Source: a virus (taxonomy: Duplodnaviria > Caudoviricetes). From it: a stretch of 26,054 nucleotides of DNA. The notes beneath the pieces were generated by a model, which was given only the letters and a program-made list of their open reading frames with translations, was not told the origin of the DNA and ran no database searches. The stretch is from positions 1 to 26,054 of the IMG/VR virus record IMGVR_UViG_3300031170_000002, one strand, 5' to 3'. A program made the translations under genes and the position numbers. Shown piece after piece: positions 1-8,755 of this stretch (position 1 is the first letter of the stretch; each line of letters opens with the position of its first letter).

Positions 1-1535
1 TACTCAAAAGACAACGATCTACCATTAACGATCTTCGGCGGCTCAGAGAAGAGCAGTCTGCCTCCCCACGTCTTGACGGGGAGGCCACGCCTACCTCTAG
101 CAGATACGTCGTCCATTAATTCTTGAAAGCCGGGGAGAGCTTGAAAGTAGTGCTTACGGATGCTAGAGGCTGTGCTCCTATCAACACCCAATAGTCCCGC
201 AAGTGAATTGATACCCGAACCATACAGTAGGGAGAAGCCCGTGATCTTAACCAGTTTACGGTCGAGCACAAGTCCGGCGTCCTCTTGGATAATCCTCGCG
301 ACCGCTGCGTGGAAATCCGCACGCGGATCATTGCGATAAATCTCGGCAGCACGTCCCTCCGCAAAGTGCGAAGTAATTCGCATCTCTTGTCCATTAAAGT
401 CGGAGGGTACCAGCACGTGACCCTCATCGGGGAGTATGTACCTACGCATACTCGGAAGTGGAGGCAACCCTGGCGGCGGCTCTGTCTTGAATTCAGTCGG
501 GATATTCTGGAAATTGGGATTGGAACTCGACAGCCTACCCGTCCGTGTGCCATAGACATCGCCTCGTACTTGATTAAATTGGGGATGGAGCCTACCGCCT
601 TCACTCATACCGAACCACGGCAGCATGAATGTAGTCAAGATCGTTTTCAAGTTAGACCTGTATCCGATTATCTGTCTCAGCTCGGGGTCTTTGACCGCCC
701 GATCCATACTATCCTTGGCTACGCTTAACTTGCCCGTCGGGGTTAACAGGAAGTCGGCTTCATGCGCCTTACCGCATTTGAGGAGGGTCCGTGCTAACTC
801 GGCAGGTGAGTCGGGATTGCAAGAACCGATGATAGCGAGCAGACGCTTAGTGATCTCACCCATAGCGTTCTGCGCTAGGGTCAGGTCGCGCTCTAGCAGT
901 TCTCGGTCGATGCGAATACCATCCCTCTCGTTCGCGTTCAGAATCGGGGCGAGGCGCTGCTCGCGACGGTACGCCTCAAGCATACCCTTCTTGTTAATCT
1001 GATCCATCAAATGGTCGAATAACTTGCGGGTACGATACGTGTCCCCGTTCGCGTACTTGCCTACGATCCCACCAGGAGCCTTGGATATATGTGCTCCCCA
1101 TCCCTTGCCCCCAAAGCCCATTTTGGCTAAATGTATCTCTAGGTCTTTTTGCTCATCGGGGGGCATACCTAGTATGCGCTCGGCGGATGGTTTTAGCGAC
1201 AGCGTATCCGCGTTTGGATCATAGAGGTAATTCAGAAATAGGGTATCATGAACATCGAGCGGGTCATGATGAGTCGGGAGGTCCATATGTACGCGGGCGA
1301 CCTCAGTATCGAATCTGCCGTTATGGAAGAGGCACGGTTGCGTCCATAGATCAGCTAGGACGCCCCGTGCTTCCTCGTAACTGCTATTGTTCTCGGTCGG
1401 GTGACCCCAACCATAGTACGTCGGATCAGTAGTACCGGCGATCCATACAGACACCCCTACCGGCTTGGGTGGGTAGTTAGGATGGGCTTGTATACCTTCA
1501 GTTTCGAAGTCCACTGTATGGATCGCCGTATTCAT
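1..1535 (-). CDS. polA: Family A DNA polymerase with 3'-5' exonuclease domain, 3' end beyond the window
   Basis: Not in the ORF track; translated by hand from ATG at 1535 (ATGA overlap with the upstream gene) and open to the window edge. ExoI VDFET, ExoII FHNGRFD, ExoIII KYANGD, GTRTGRLSSSNPNFQNIP, motif A DFNGQEMR, motif B RKLVKITGFSLLYG. Confidence 0.96.
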   Translation of the reverse strand, partial: MNTAIHTVDFETEGIQAHPNYPPKPVGVSVWIAGTTDPTYYGWGHPTENNSSYEEARGVLADLWTQPCLFHNGRFDTEVARVHMDLPTHHDPLDVHDTLFLNYLYDPNADTLSLKPSAERILGMPPDEQKDLEIHLAKMGFGGKGWGAHISKAPGGIVGKYANGDTYRTRKLFDHLMDQINKKGMLEAYRREQRLAPILNANERDGIRIDRELLERDLTLAQNAMGEITKRLLAIIGSCNPDSPAELARTLLKCGKAHEADFLLTPTGKLSVAKDSMDRAVKDPELRQIIGYRSNLKTILTTFMLPWFGMSEGGRLHPQFNQVRGDVYGTRTGRLSSSNPNFQNIPTEFKTEPPPGLPPLPSMRRYILPDEGHVLVPSDFNGQEMRITSHFAEGRAAEIYRNDPRADFHAAVARIIQEDAGLVLDRKLVKITGFSLLYGSGINSLAGLLGVDRSTASSIRKHYFQALPGFQELMDDVSARGRRGLPVKTWGGRLLFSEPPKIVNGRSLSFE

Positions 1536-1810
1536 GCTTTTCCTTTGACCTTATCATCAATCCAAGTCTGAACAAGGCCACTAGCACGCTTAGTGTACGA
1601 ACCAAGCAACCTTCCGGTTTTGGAGTTATAGACCTCCAATGTACCGATAGGATGCCAATTCATAAGAGCGGCGGCTGTATTAAGCGCACGGTCGGGAAAC
1701 TTGAAGCAACGGTGAGCTACACACGCCTTCCTCTCAGCGTCATAGAGGCGAATGGGTCGCTCCCCATACCGTCGTTCGGTGCGGGGGCGATCTTCTGGTA
1801 CAGTTATCAT
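1532..1810 (-). CDS. Hypothetical protein (92 aa) in the replication operon
   Basis: Abuts the upstream stop (TAAATG) and overlaps the polA start (ATGA). Confidence 0.8.
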   Translation of the reverse strand: MITVPEDRPRTERRYGERPIRLYDAERKACVAHRCFKFPDRALNTAAALMNWHPIGTLEVYNSKTGRLLGSYTKRASGLVQTWIDDKVKGKA

Positions 1811-2566
1811 TTAGAACTTCCTCTGAGCCTGAGGCTGCTGCGGAGCGTTCTTCTCATACCCCGAGTTCATCAAGTCCATCGTGTCCTTCCGCTTGCTAAG
1901 TAGCGCTTGGATCACCGCCCCATCTTCAATTTTATCAATCAGAGCGAAGTTCACTTGGAACTGAGTTTTGGCGTTCGGCTCGACGGACATCTCCGTGATT
2001 ACGGCCAAGGGCGGCAGTTTAAGCACGTTTGCGATCTGGTTCGCGTAAGTAGACCAGTTAGCTACGCTTGTGACGGGGAGCTTGGCTACAGCTACATCGG
2101 CCTTCTTGACGTTACCGGGGATGGTTGCATCGACGGAGGCAATCATCGCCAGACGCCGGACGTTCTTGCAGGCTTTCCCGCGACCACCGCCTGGATCGCT
2201 GCCCCAAGCGTTCTTCGGGCACTCGGCGCAGGTAGGAGCTTGAGGAGCCTCGGAGTCCTTGTGGGGCTTGAGATCATCCTCTGACTCAGAGATAGCGTAG
2301 CACGAAGGCGATTGCGGGTTGTCCGGGTCAAACTTGTCCTTGTACCACTGGTTCTCGAACACGGAGTTGATAACGATACACTGGACCTTATCGTCCTTCA
2401 TGGGATTGCCGCCAATGCTAAGGCGACCGTGACGAAACGAGACCCAGTTACCGGAAGGCTTCTCAGCCTCCGCCGTAGCTACAGCGAGGCTAGCAAGCTC
2501 GGCTTGCCAATCAGTAACGGCGGTGGACTCGGCCTTTGCAGGCGTAGGAGGTGCTTTATCAGCCAT
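1811..2566 (-). CDS. Putative ssDNA-binding/annealing replication protein with Cys cluster (251 aa)
   Basis: AGAGGA RBS; motifs FDPDNPQSPSCY, CAECPKNAWGS and GKACKNVRRL, recalled from proteins encoded next to PolA in YuA-like phages. Function inferred. Confidence 0.65.
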   Translation of the reverse strand: MADKAPPTPAKAESTAVTDWQAELASLAVATAEAEKPSGNWVSFRHGRLSIGGNPMKDDKVQCIVINSVFENQWYKDKFDPDNPQSPSCYAISESEDDLKPHKDSEAPQAPTCAECPKNAWGSDPGGGRGKACKNVRRLAMIASVDATIPGNVKKADVAVAKLPVTSVANWSTYANQIANVLKLPPLAVITEMSVEPNAKTQFQVNFALIDKIEDGAVIQALLSKRKDTMDLMNSGYEKNAPQQPQAQRKF

Positions 2567-2584
2567 GGTAGTTCCTCTGGTTAG

Positions 2585-2968
2585 TTACGATTTACTGACC
2601 GAGAGCGTGAAAATCTCGGTACTATCAACGCCGGGGATGCTTACCCCGTCGTCCCAACGCGCCTTCACGGCTGTAGTGGTAAGCCGCTTATGGAGCAAGT
2701 CGAAGGCGTCATGGTCTTGGATGTAGTCGTAGATCAACGACCAATCCGTAGCTACGGGCTCAAGCGAACGCTTCATCTTGACGATGCCGTTCTTCGCGCC
2801 TTGCGCAGTAATGAATCCTTCACGGAACTTGGAGACAATGATCTTCTTCAGATCTTCCTCCTGCTCCTTAAGGTCATTAGCCTGCTTGTCGAGCGCCAAT
2901 CTGCGATCGCGAGTGGCGATATAGTTATCAATCAGATCGGGGAGCAACGAGGAAATGGTAATATCCAA
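2585..2968 (-). CDS. Conserved phage replication-module protein (127 aa, N-terminal coiled coil)
   Basis: TTG start with AGGAG upstream; motif DWSLIYDYI...FDLLHKRL...IPGV, typical of small proteins upstream of SSB/PolA. Confidence 0.75.
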   Translation of the reverse strand: MDITISSLLPDLIDNYIATRDRRLALDKQANDLKEQEEDLKKIIVSKFREGFITAQGAKNGIVKMKRSLEPVATDWSLIYDYIQDHDAFDLLHKRLTTTAVKARWDDGVSIPGVDSTEIFTLSVSKS

Positions 2969-3025
2969 CTTGCTATACTCCTGACTAGGACTCGGAGCAC
3001 CCGGCTCCGCTCGGTTCGTACAGTA

Positions 3026-3058
3026 GTTAGACCTCGAAAGTAGCTGATTAGTTCCGTG
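3026..3058 (-). promoter_or_regulatory. ECF sigma (RpoE/AlgU-like) promoter P1
   Basis: CAC-GGAACT-N17-GTCTAA-C on the - strand, upstream of the SSB/PolA operon. Confidence 0.75.
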
Positions 3059-5098
3059 TTAATACTTGGAAGTCCGAATTAGCTTCTGAGCGAGATAGAA
3101 CTGCTTTCGGTATTCCTCAGTATCGTCGCATTTCTTCCATTTATCGTGATTAGCAAAAGCTCTGAATCGGTAGAGTACTCCATCTATCTTTACTACTTCA
3201 ATCTTAGGCTTGATGAAGTATTGACCAAACTCTTTATTGAAGGATATAGCGTTGACCTTATGAACGTCAAGTAGCCCTTGAAGTATGACGTTAGGTATAC
3301 ACTCAAGTCCTGGTACCTCGGCGCACTCTTCCATTACAAAGTCTTTTACTGTCGAACGGTAGGATTGAGAGGCTTCTATCACGGCGTCTTTGAGTTCCGT
3401 GTCTACGTCTAGGTTGTCGTAATTGGAGCAATCTATTTCATTTAAGAGATGATATCGAAAGTGATTTGGCCCCACCCCTTTGATCCAAGATTCAAAGGCC
3501 AGGCCTAACTTCTTATTGTCGGATTTTGCTTCCCCACAAACAAGGAAGCGTCGATCACCTTTCTGTAACTTAGCCTGAAGACCGTTACAAGTGAAGATAT
3601 TCAGAGTATGATTGTTATCTACGTAATTGGCGCCGTACTTGGTACTGACGTTATACGTATCCCCAGTGATGAGGTCCTTGAGCCATTCCTCGTCCATGTC
3701 GCGATCAAATTCCGCCCACTCTTTACAAGCAAAGCTCCGCCATTCAGCATTGAAGCCGATCTTAAGATCAACTCTGCTTGAATGATACCTCTTAGACAGA
3801 GATAAGCCTATCAATTTAGCGAGATTGCTCTTACCAGAGCCTTGTTCACCGGTTAGGAGAATACCATACTTGGGGGTTAGGGCAGGATACTGAGCATGCT
3901 TAGCTACAATCTGTAGTAGCTTCTGAATAGCTTCAGGAGTATTTCTACAGATAGAATTCATCATATCGTACGCAATTGATACGTCGCCCTTGATTGATTG
4001 CGGTACATCTTCAGGTTGAAACTTGTTAATGTACCAGACGGGAGGATATACAGAGTCGTCTGAAAAATGTATCTCGTCGCGGTCAGGTTGGTATCGCATG
4101 CCCCTAGCTACTCTGCGATTTGGGGCGTTAGCAAGTAGCTTAGTCGTGTAAGGCCCGTTGGCTAGCTTATTCTTGATATTAAGTACGTTGCCGTAGTCGA
4201 AGGCCAGACTACGATTTGTATGATCCTCTTTAATCAATGTTCTAATTTTGCAATCAAAGTAGCAACCAGACAGTTCCTCGTAAATGAATCGAGCTACTGC
4301 TTTACGCTCGACCACTAGGAACGGATCGTCAATATAACATTCAGATCGCTCTCTAAGCAGTTTATTGAATTGATCAATACCTGCTTGGTGTAAGTAGTCG
4401 TCTGGTCCGTTCTTAGTGCCGTCAGGCTTGGATGGGGGACGACATAGGAATATGGAGTCACTTCGTTGGTTTCTAATACTCACCATATCCTGAGCGAATA
4501 GATGGGTTCCTATTTCAAGTTGCCTATTCTCTTCACCTGTATCGGAGTCAAATAAGATAGTGACCTTTTCAGCTTGCCTAGAGCAAACTAACTTAGCCAG
4601 CTCGCGTATGATCGGGCTACCCTTGCCCTTCTCCCGATAATTGTAAACTCCAGTAATAGCTATAGCATGAAACCCTTCGGCTGCTAGTCGGGTAGCGTTC
4701 AAGGCTCCCTCAACTATCAGTAAGTTATACGTTGTATCGGCGTACCAATCGGTCAGATGGGGAGGAACAAAGAGGACATTCGTCGATTGCTTGGGGCGGA
4801 AGTACTTGACCCGCTTAACATTCTTGAGTTCCTCCCCAACAGAGGGAGTCTCAGGAGCTGGACCGTACAAGATTCGAGCTTGTAACTCGTCCTTGGCTAC
4901 ATAGAACACGTAGGCTCCGATAGCACCAAAACTCTTGAAGCCGTATAAGCCTGTCCCCATCATACGGGCAGCTCGCTCAATGGAGAGCACTTGCCCGTTT
5001 AATGGAGCTAGAATCTCGTCAGTTAAGCCTCGCTCATTACAATATTCCATCCAAGCCTGAATCGGGGAAATTGGGGGTACAACTGAGAGGAAGGACAT
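3059..5098 (-). CDS. Primase-helicase (N-terminal TOPRIM, C-terminal P-loop NTPase), 679 aa
   Basis: TOPRIM LLIVEG...ILFDSD...KNGPDDY; Walker A GEQGSGKS; IFTCN and DRRF motifs of SF3-like helicases. Confidence 0.85.
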   Translation of the reverse strand: MSFLSVVPPISPIQAWMEYCNERGLTDEILAPLNGQVLSIERAARMMGTGLYGFKSFGAIGAYVFYVAKDELQARILYGPAPETPSVGEELKNVKRVKYFRPKQSTNVLFVPPHLTDWYADTTYNLLIVEGALNATRLAAEGFHAIAITGVYNYREKGKGSPIIRELAKLVCSRQAEKVTILFDSDTGEENRQLEIGTHLFAQDMVSIRNQRSDSIFLCRPPSKPDGTKNGPDDYLHQAGIDQFNKLLRERSECYIDDPFLVVERKAVARFIYEELSGCYFDCKIRTLIKEDHTNRSLAFDYGNVLNIKNKLANGPYTTKLLANAPNRRVARGMRYQPDRDEIHFSDDSVYPPVWYINKFQPEDVPQSIKGDVSIAYDMMNSICRNTPEAIQKLLQIVAKHAQYPALTPKYGILLTGEQGSGKSNLAKLIGLSLSKRYHSSRVDLKIGFNAEWRSFACKEWAEFDRDMDEEWLKDLITGDTYNVSTKYGANYVDNNHTLNIFTCNGLQAKLQKGDRRFLVCGEAKSDNKKLGLAFESWIKGVGPNHFRYHLLNEIDCSNYDNLDVDTELKDAVIEASQSYRSTVKDFVMEECAEVPGLECIPNVILQGLLDVHKVNAISFNKEFGQYFIKPKIEVVKIDGVLYRFRAFANHDKWKKCDDTEEYRKQFYLAQKLIRTSKY

Positions 5099-5116
5099 TT
5101 ATTATTCCTGGCGAGT

Positions 5117-5234
5117 GTCGAATCAGGAGTTTGGTAAGAGGGAAGCAGACACCGCGGAATATGACGGCTCTGCTAAGCAACCTACTTTATCTTGATCGAG
5201 CAAGAGACGGTGGCCACCGCCCCTCCGACTCGAC
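5117..5234 (-). ncRNA. Structured 5' leader RNA of the primase gene
   Basis: Closing stem GTCGAGTCGGAG (5234-5223) with CTCCTGATTCGAC (5129-5117) encloses further hairpins; begins at the predicted transcription start. Confidence 0.4.
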
Positions 5235-5240
5235 AAGTCT

Positions 5241-5269
5241 ATTATACCGCTTCCTCGCTGAGAAGTAAA
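5241..5269 (-). promoter_or_regulatory. Sigma70-type promoter for the primase gene
   Basis: TTTACT-N17-TATAAT on the - strand. Confidence 0.7.
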
Positions 5270-5290
5270 GCGATATTAATTGCTATAAAT

Positions 5291-5321
5291 TGAGAAGGGC
5301 CGACCCTTGCGGTGTCGGCCC
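5291..5321 (-). terminator. Probable intrinsic terminator ending the early-gene transcript
   Basis: Stem GGGCCGAC/GTCGGCCC (5297-5304/5314-5321) with a GCAA-capped apex, followed by TTCTCAATTT on the - strand. Confidence 0.55.
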
Positions 5322-5393
5322 CCAAGAGGCAGGACGTTCGGCGCTATGCCTAGTAGTCAGGCTCCTGTACCTCGGCAGGGGAGTGCGCGAGGG

Positions 5394-6017
5394 TTAGGCT
5401 GCCGGTTGCTGCTCCGGCGATTCAGTAGCAGGCGCGGCCTCGGTGGTAGCCGCCGCTTCAGCTGCGGCCTTCTTCTTGGCCATAGCGTCTTGAAACGCCG
5501 CGACCCGCTTGAGGTCCTTCGGCTGACCCGACTCGTCTAACTTGCCGAGCCGGTCTGGGTCCTTCCGCTCCGTTGTACCGACGCCAACGCTGAACGACTT
5601 GTCGGCGAACGACTTGGCTTCAACGGCGTAGTCCAAGGTGATATAGCCCTCAGCGGGGCCATCGTCCTCGGGAATGCTGAACCAAATGTAGTCTAGCGTG
5701 GTCGCCTCGTCCTTGGCCCACATGCGATTGCTCGTGGTCCAGACGGGTGTTTCCACCCCATTGATGTCGAGCTTGAACTCACCCTCGGGCTGCTTGCCCG
5801 ACCGCTTCGGCAACTTCATCCGCGTGAACTTATAGCCGATACCGCTGTCCATTTCGACAGCGACGAGGCCCGGCTTGCGCGGAGGCAGGTTGGAGACCTT
5901 CGGGGTTTCAGTCGCCGAGCTCAACTTGACGTCCAGTTGACCGACGTTCTTGGGTTCAGCCGTATCTTGCTCCGGCGTTGCTTGCTCTTCGTTGGTAGCA
6001 AACTTCTTCTTGGCCAT
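5394..6017 (-). CDS. Hypothetical protein (207 aa), paralog of 9087..9488
   Basis: Start moved to ATG 6017 (MAKKKF; RBS AAAGGA). Shares LPKR, NG, TSN..W, L.Y.WFS, TL.Y and SV.VGT with 9087..9488. Confidence 0.85.
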   Translation of the reverse strand: MAKKKFATNEEQATPEQDTAEPKNVGQLDVKLSSATETPKVSNLPPRKPGLVAVEMDSGIGYKFTRMKLPKRSGKQPEGEFKLDINGVETPVWTTSNRMWAKDEATTLDYIWFSIPEDDGPAEGYITLDYAVEAKSFADKSFSVGVGTTERKDPDRLGKLDESGQPKDLKRVAAFQDAMAKKKAAAEAAATTEAAPATESPEQQPAA

Positions 6018-6139
6018 GATGTTTCCTTTCGTGGTTGGGGGTAAAACAACTAGCCTATGTAGGCTAGGGAATGCTCCTAGTATTAGAAGCATACCCTAGA
6101 CATCGTGGGAAGTCTAGGACTTTCGATTGTTTTAGTTGG

Positions 6140-6361
6140 CTATCGTTTGAGGTTAAGTCCAGGGTCAAGCGGCGCCCTAACCTGGCGAGAGTCGAATGGT
6201 TCAGTCGGCCTCGCGGATGTTACGAAGAACATGCTTTTGTCAGCCTTCAGTTTATCCCAGATTGCTTGGGCTTCTTTCAGAGTCTCCGCTTGTTGTCGCA
6301 TACGGGACTTGTATCCCACGCGGTCGCGGTCACTTGCTAGCATATACCAAACGTCGTACAT
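6140..6361 (-). CDS. Hypothetical protein (73 aa), paralog of 8894..9037
   Basis: GAGGA RBS; starts 1 nt after the upstream stop; MY..W.L, A..IWD.LK and TSARP shared with 8894..9037. Confidence 0.8.
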   Translation of the reverse strand: MYDVWYMLASDRDRVGYKSRMRQQAETLKEAQAIWDKLKADKSMFFVTSARPTEPFDSRQVRAPLDPGLNLKR

Positions 6362-6362
6362 C

Positions 6363-6659
6363 TTATTCCTCCTTGACGAACATTTCCGACTTATTCAAGA
6401 TCGTGATGGTCTTGACCGTAATGGGGGGAGCATCAAACCAGTAAAGCGACTGACGCCCGAGGGCGAAGTTGTAGAGCACGACGTACATCTTCCCATGCTT
6501 AATCGGCAAGCCGTTCTTGGCGAGCTTGCCGTTAAACCATACGGGGTGACTACGCTCGCCCCAGGCTTCGAGCTCACGAGTAGTTACCTCAGAAGCCAGA
6601 GTTAGAGGATGATACTTCTTGCCGTACCGAACGTGAGTTGCTTGAGCAGGATCGTTCAT
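6363..6659 (-). CDS. Hypothetical early protein (98 aa)
   Basis: AAGGA RBS; first gene downstream of promoter P2. Confidence 0.75.
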   Translation of the reverse strand: MNDPAQATHVRYGKKYHPLTLASEVTTRELEAWGERSHPVWFNGKLAKNGLPIKHGKMYVVLYNFALGRQSLYWFDAPPITVKTITILNKSEMFVKEE

Positions 6660-6698
6660 TTGGTTCCTTAGTTGAGAGGCTTCTCGCGCCTCGTATAT

Positions 6699-6730
6699 GT
6701 TAGACCGCTCGTCAGTCGGTTAGTTCCGTG
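6699..6730 (-). promoter_or_regulatory. ECF sigma-like promoter P2
   Basis: CAC-GGAACT-N16-GTCTAA-C, overlapping the 3' end of 6712..6942. Confidence 0.75.
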
Positions 6731-6942
6731 AGATCAGGGGTTACCCACTTACCGCATCTGTTTAAGATGTAGGCTTGGCCCCCACCTATACCAAGAGTCT
6801 GACCGTAGAAATGATGGGACCGCGGGGTCATTATCGCCCACGCTCCCATTATGGTCTTGCCGTCAATAAACTTACCTCTGATCTTGTCCCCAAAGCTGTC
6901 GACTTCAGGGACTGGGCCGGTCCATTCCTTGCGTTCGCTCAT
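6712..6942 (-). CDS. Small conserved phage protein (76 aa)
   Basis: ATGA overlap with the upstream gene; FIDGKT..GAWAIM...LGIGGGQAY resembles a recurrent small phage family (from recall). Confidence 0.75.
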   Translation of the reverse strand: MSERKEWTGPVPEVDSFGDKIRGKFIDGKTIMGAWAIMTPRSHHFYGQTLGIGGGQAYILNRCGKWVTPDLTELTD

Positions 6943-7151
6943 TTCGAGTTCCTCAGTTTACGCATCTGCCTCCGATGCGTCTCGATGGTATTGGGTACAC
7001 CACGTTCTAAGGCAGTCTTACGGCTGAGATGGATCACCAAGTTGTAAAAGTGGTTCCGCTTACGATGGTCGGCGGGGACCACACCTCCCTCAGTAGCGCG
7101 CATAATCCTGCGGCAGATATTGTCGAACGGGTACATCGCCTTAGGTTTCAT
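6939..7151 (-). CDS. Small basic hypothetical protein (70 aa)
   Basis: AAGGA RBS; coupled to the next gene. Confidence 0.7.
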   Translation of the reverse strand: MKPKAMYPFDNICRRIMRATEGGVVPADHRKRNHFYNLVIHLSRKTALERGVPNTIETHRRQMRKLRNSK

Positions 7152-7236
7152 CTATAGGTTCCTTGGTTTTGGTTAAGAGCAGAGTCGCTCAGATAGCCCG
7201 CCTTAGTTGCTAGACGGGCTATCGGTGCGTTACCTG

Positions 7237-7752
7237 TTAGTAGCCTTCAGTGTCGGCTTGCTCGGTAGCCTCGTGCTCAGTTCCTTGGAGCTGACCGGGA
7301 GCGCAGTCGAAGGCGTAAATGGGCCGTGGCTCAGGGCTGGTATAGCCCGTAATCACTCGCTTGCAATTCTCCGTGCCCTCGCCCTTCAACTCGGCCTCGA
7401 TAGTCATTCGATCGCAGTAATACGCACGCTCGTTCCAGATTGGGGCATCCCTCGACTCCGTGAACCGGAAGCCATGAATGTAGTGAGGCGCTTCAGCTAA
7501 CCGCTCAATGCGCTCCAAAATGGGGAGCACGTCACGGAATGAAGCAACGTAGCAGTGAATCTTGACGCGGTCGCCATCGAGCCAATCGGATACCGATGGG
7601 TCCATCTCTTTGGGGAAGAGATCACGGTTAGCGATCAGGTCGTACGCAAACTTGAAGTCTCCAGACTTCTCCTTGTACTTCAGGATCGTGTCCTTGAGGT
7701 TCTTTCTAAGCCACTCAACGTGGTCCTTCACTTTCGGGGGCAGATCAGCCAT
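7237..7752 (-). CDS. Hypothetical early protein (171 aa)
   Basis: AAGGAG RBS; first gene downstream of promoter P3. Confidence 0.8.
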   Translation of the reverse strand: MADLPPKVKDHVEWLRKNLKDTILKYKEKSGDFKFAYDLIANRDLFPKEMDPSVSDWLDGDRVKIHCYVASFRDVLPILERIERLAEAPHYIHGFRFTESRDAPIWNERAYYCDRMTIEAELKGEGTENCKRVITGYTSPEPRPIYAFDCAPGQLQGTEHEATEQADTEGY

Positions 7753-7793
7753 CTTTAGGCTCCTTGGGTTAACTCGCTTCTCGCGACGTATTT

Positions 7794-7825
7794 GTTAGAC
7801 CCGCCGACAGCGGATTAGTTCCGTG
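7794..7825 (-). promoter_or_regulatory. ECF sigma-like promoter P3
   Basis: CAC-GGAACT-N16-GTCTAA-C, intergenic. Confidence 0.75.
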
Positions 7826-7841
7826 CCGACGGTGGGGAGCA

Positions 7842-8345
7842 TTAATCGCGGTACCACTCGCCGTCCTTGCCCTTGAAGAGGGTGGGACCGTCTTGGTTCG
7901 TGTAAGAGCTGTTAGGTTCAGAGCCGTCATTGATCTCTCTGTCGTAGCCCTCAGGAGTCGAGGTTGAGATCGGTTTGGGCTTCGGCCCGTACCAGAATAT
8001 TGCTGGGCCCGCACCTTGGTCAGGAGTCGGTTGAACTAACACGGCGTTGTCGCATCGGATCAAGTTCCAGTCGCCTTCGGTGACGCTAGAGCGCACCGTC
8101 AGCTCGCTCGGGACTTCAGGGAAATCACGCTCGTCATCATGTCCCCACTTAACGTAGAGGCACGGGGCATCAATACGGGGCGAGGTGAGAGCTAGTTTGT
8201 CTACGGCATCCTCAATACGCTCCCATAATGGAGGGGAGAATTGATCTTCAATATCGGCCCAAGTATAGCGAAATGGGGACATATCATCTTGCCCCACGTT
8301 TGAGCCTTGGGTTACAGCTTCTTTGAATCCTTCACTTAGCGGCAT
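7842..8345 (-). CDS. Acidic hypothetical early protein (167 aa)
   Basis: Start moved to ATG 8345 (MPLSEG; RBS AAGGA); downstream of promoter P4. Confidence 0.75.
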   Translation of the reverse strand: MPLSEGFKEAVTQGSNVGQDDMSPFRYTWADIEDQFSPPLWERIEDAVDKLALTSPRIDAPCLYVKWGHDDERDFPEVPSELTVRSSVTEGDWNLIRCDNAVLVQPTPDQGAGPAIFWYGPKPKPISTSTPEGYDREINDGSEPNSSYTNQDGPTLFKGKDGEWYRD

Positions 8346-8392
8346 TTTAGTCCTTTTCAAGTTCAGAGCGGAGGGAATTCTCCGTTCTTGTA

Positions 8393-8424
8393 GTTAGACC
8401 GCGAATCACGGGAAAAGTTCCGTG
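8393..8424 (-). promoter_or_regulatory. ECF sigma-like promoter P4
   Basis: CAC-GGAACT-N16-GTCTAA-C with a full GGAACTT -35 element; the -35 lies in an inverted repeat TCACGG/CCGTGA. Confidence 0.75.
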
Positions 8425-8438
8425 AAATTAGCTTCCAG

Positions 8439-8733
8439 GTTACGGGTAGGGTTTTGGTTGTGACTTACCCGTAACTTCTGATAGTAGAGTAAATTAGTCG
8501 GGAATAGGGTCTTTCCAAGTTACGGGTTACGAGTACAAGGTGGTGGGGCAAAATACCCGTAACCTTGTAAAAGCCTTTAGAATTAAGGGGATAGCATAGT
8601 CAGGTTACGGGTTACGGGTTACGGCTATGGAAATTTATGCCCTCCGTTTAGGGGGTATTTCCAAAATCCTGAAACTCGGGAGGGTACCTAAAAGCGTATC
8701 ATAAAACAAAGGCTTTTTACCCGTAACCGTAAC
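8439..8733. repeat. Array of ten GTTACG/CGTAAC iteron-like repeats; putative replication origin
   Basis: GTTACG at 8439, 8519, 8526, 8604, 8611, 8618; CGTAAC at 8470, 8558, 8722, 8728; non-coding with AT-rich spacers. Confidence 0.7.
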
Positions 8734-8755
8734 CTGAAAGTGCCGGGCAATTGGA

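Noticed and set aside
116-1432. Track ORFs 116..604, 285..728, 625..1002, 1024..1224 and 1091..1432
   Set aside because: Alternative-frame or antisense shadows of the PolA gene.
5099-5240. tRNA gene
   Set aside because: Multi-branch fold, but too long and lacking a canonical tRNA arm layout.
5322-5393. Self-cleaving ribozyme
   Set aside because: No hammerhead CUGAnGA/GAAA core or other catalytic motif that I could recognise.
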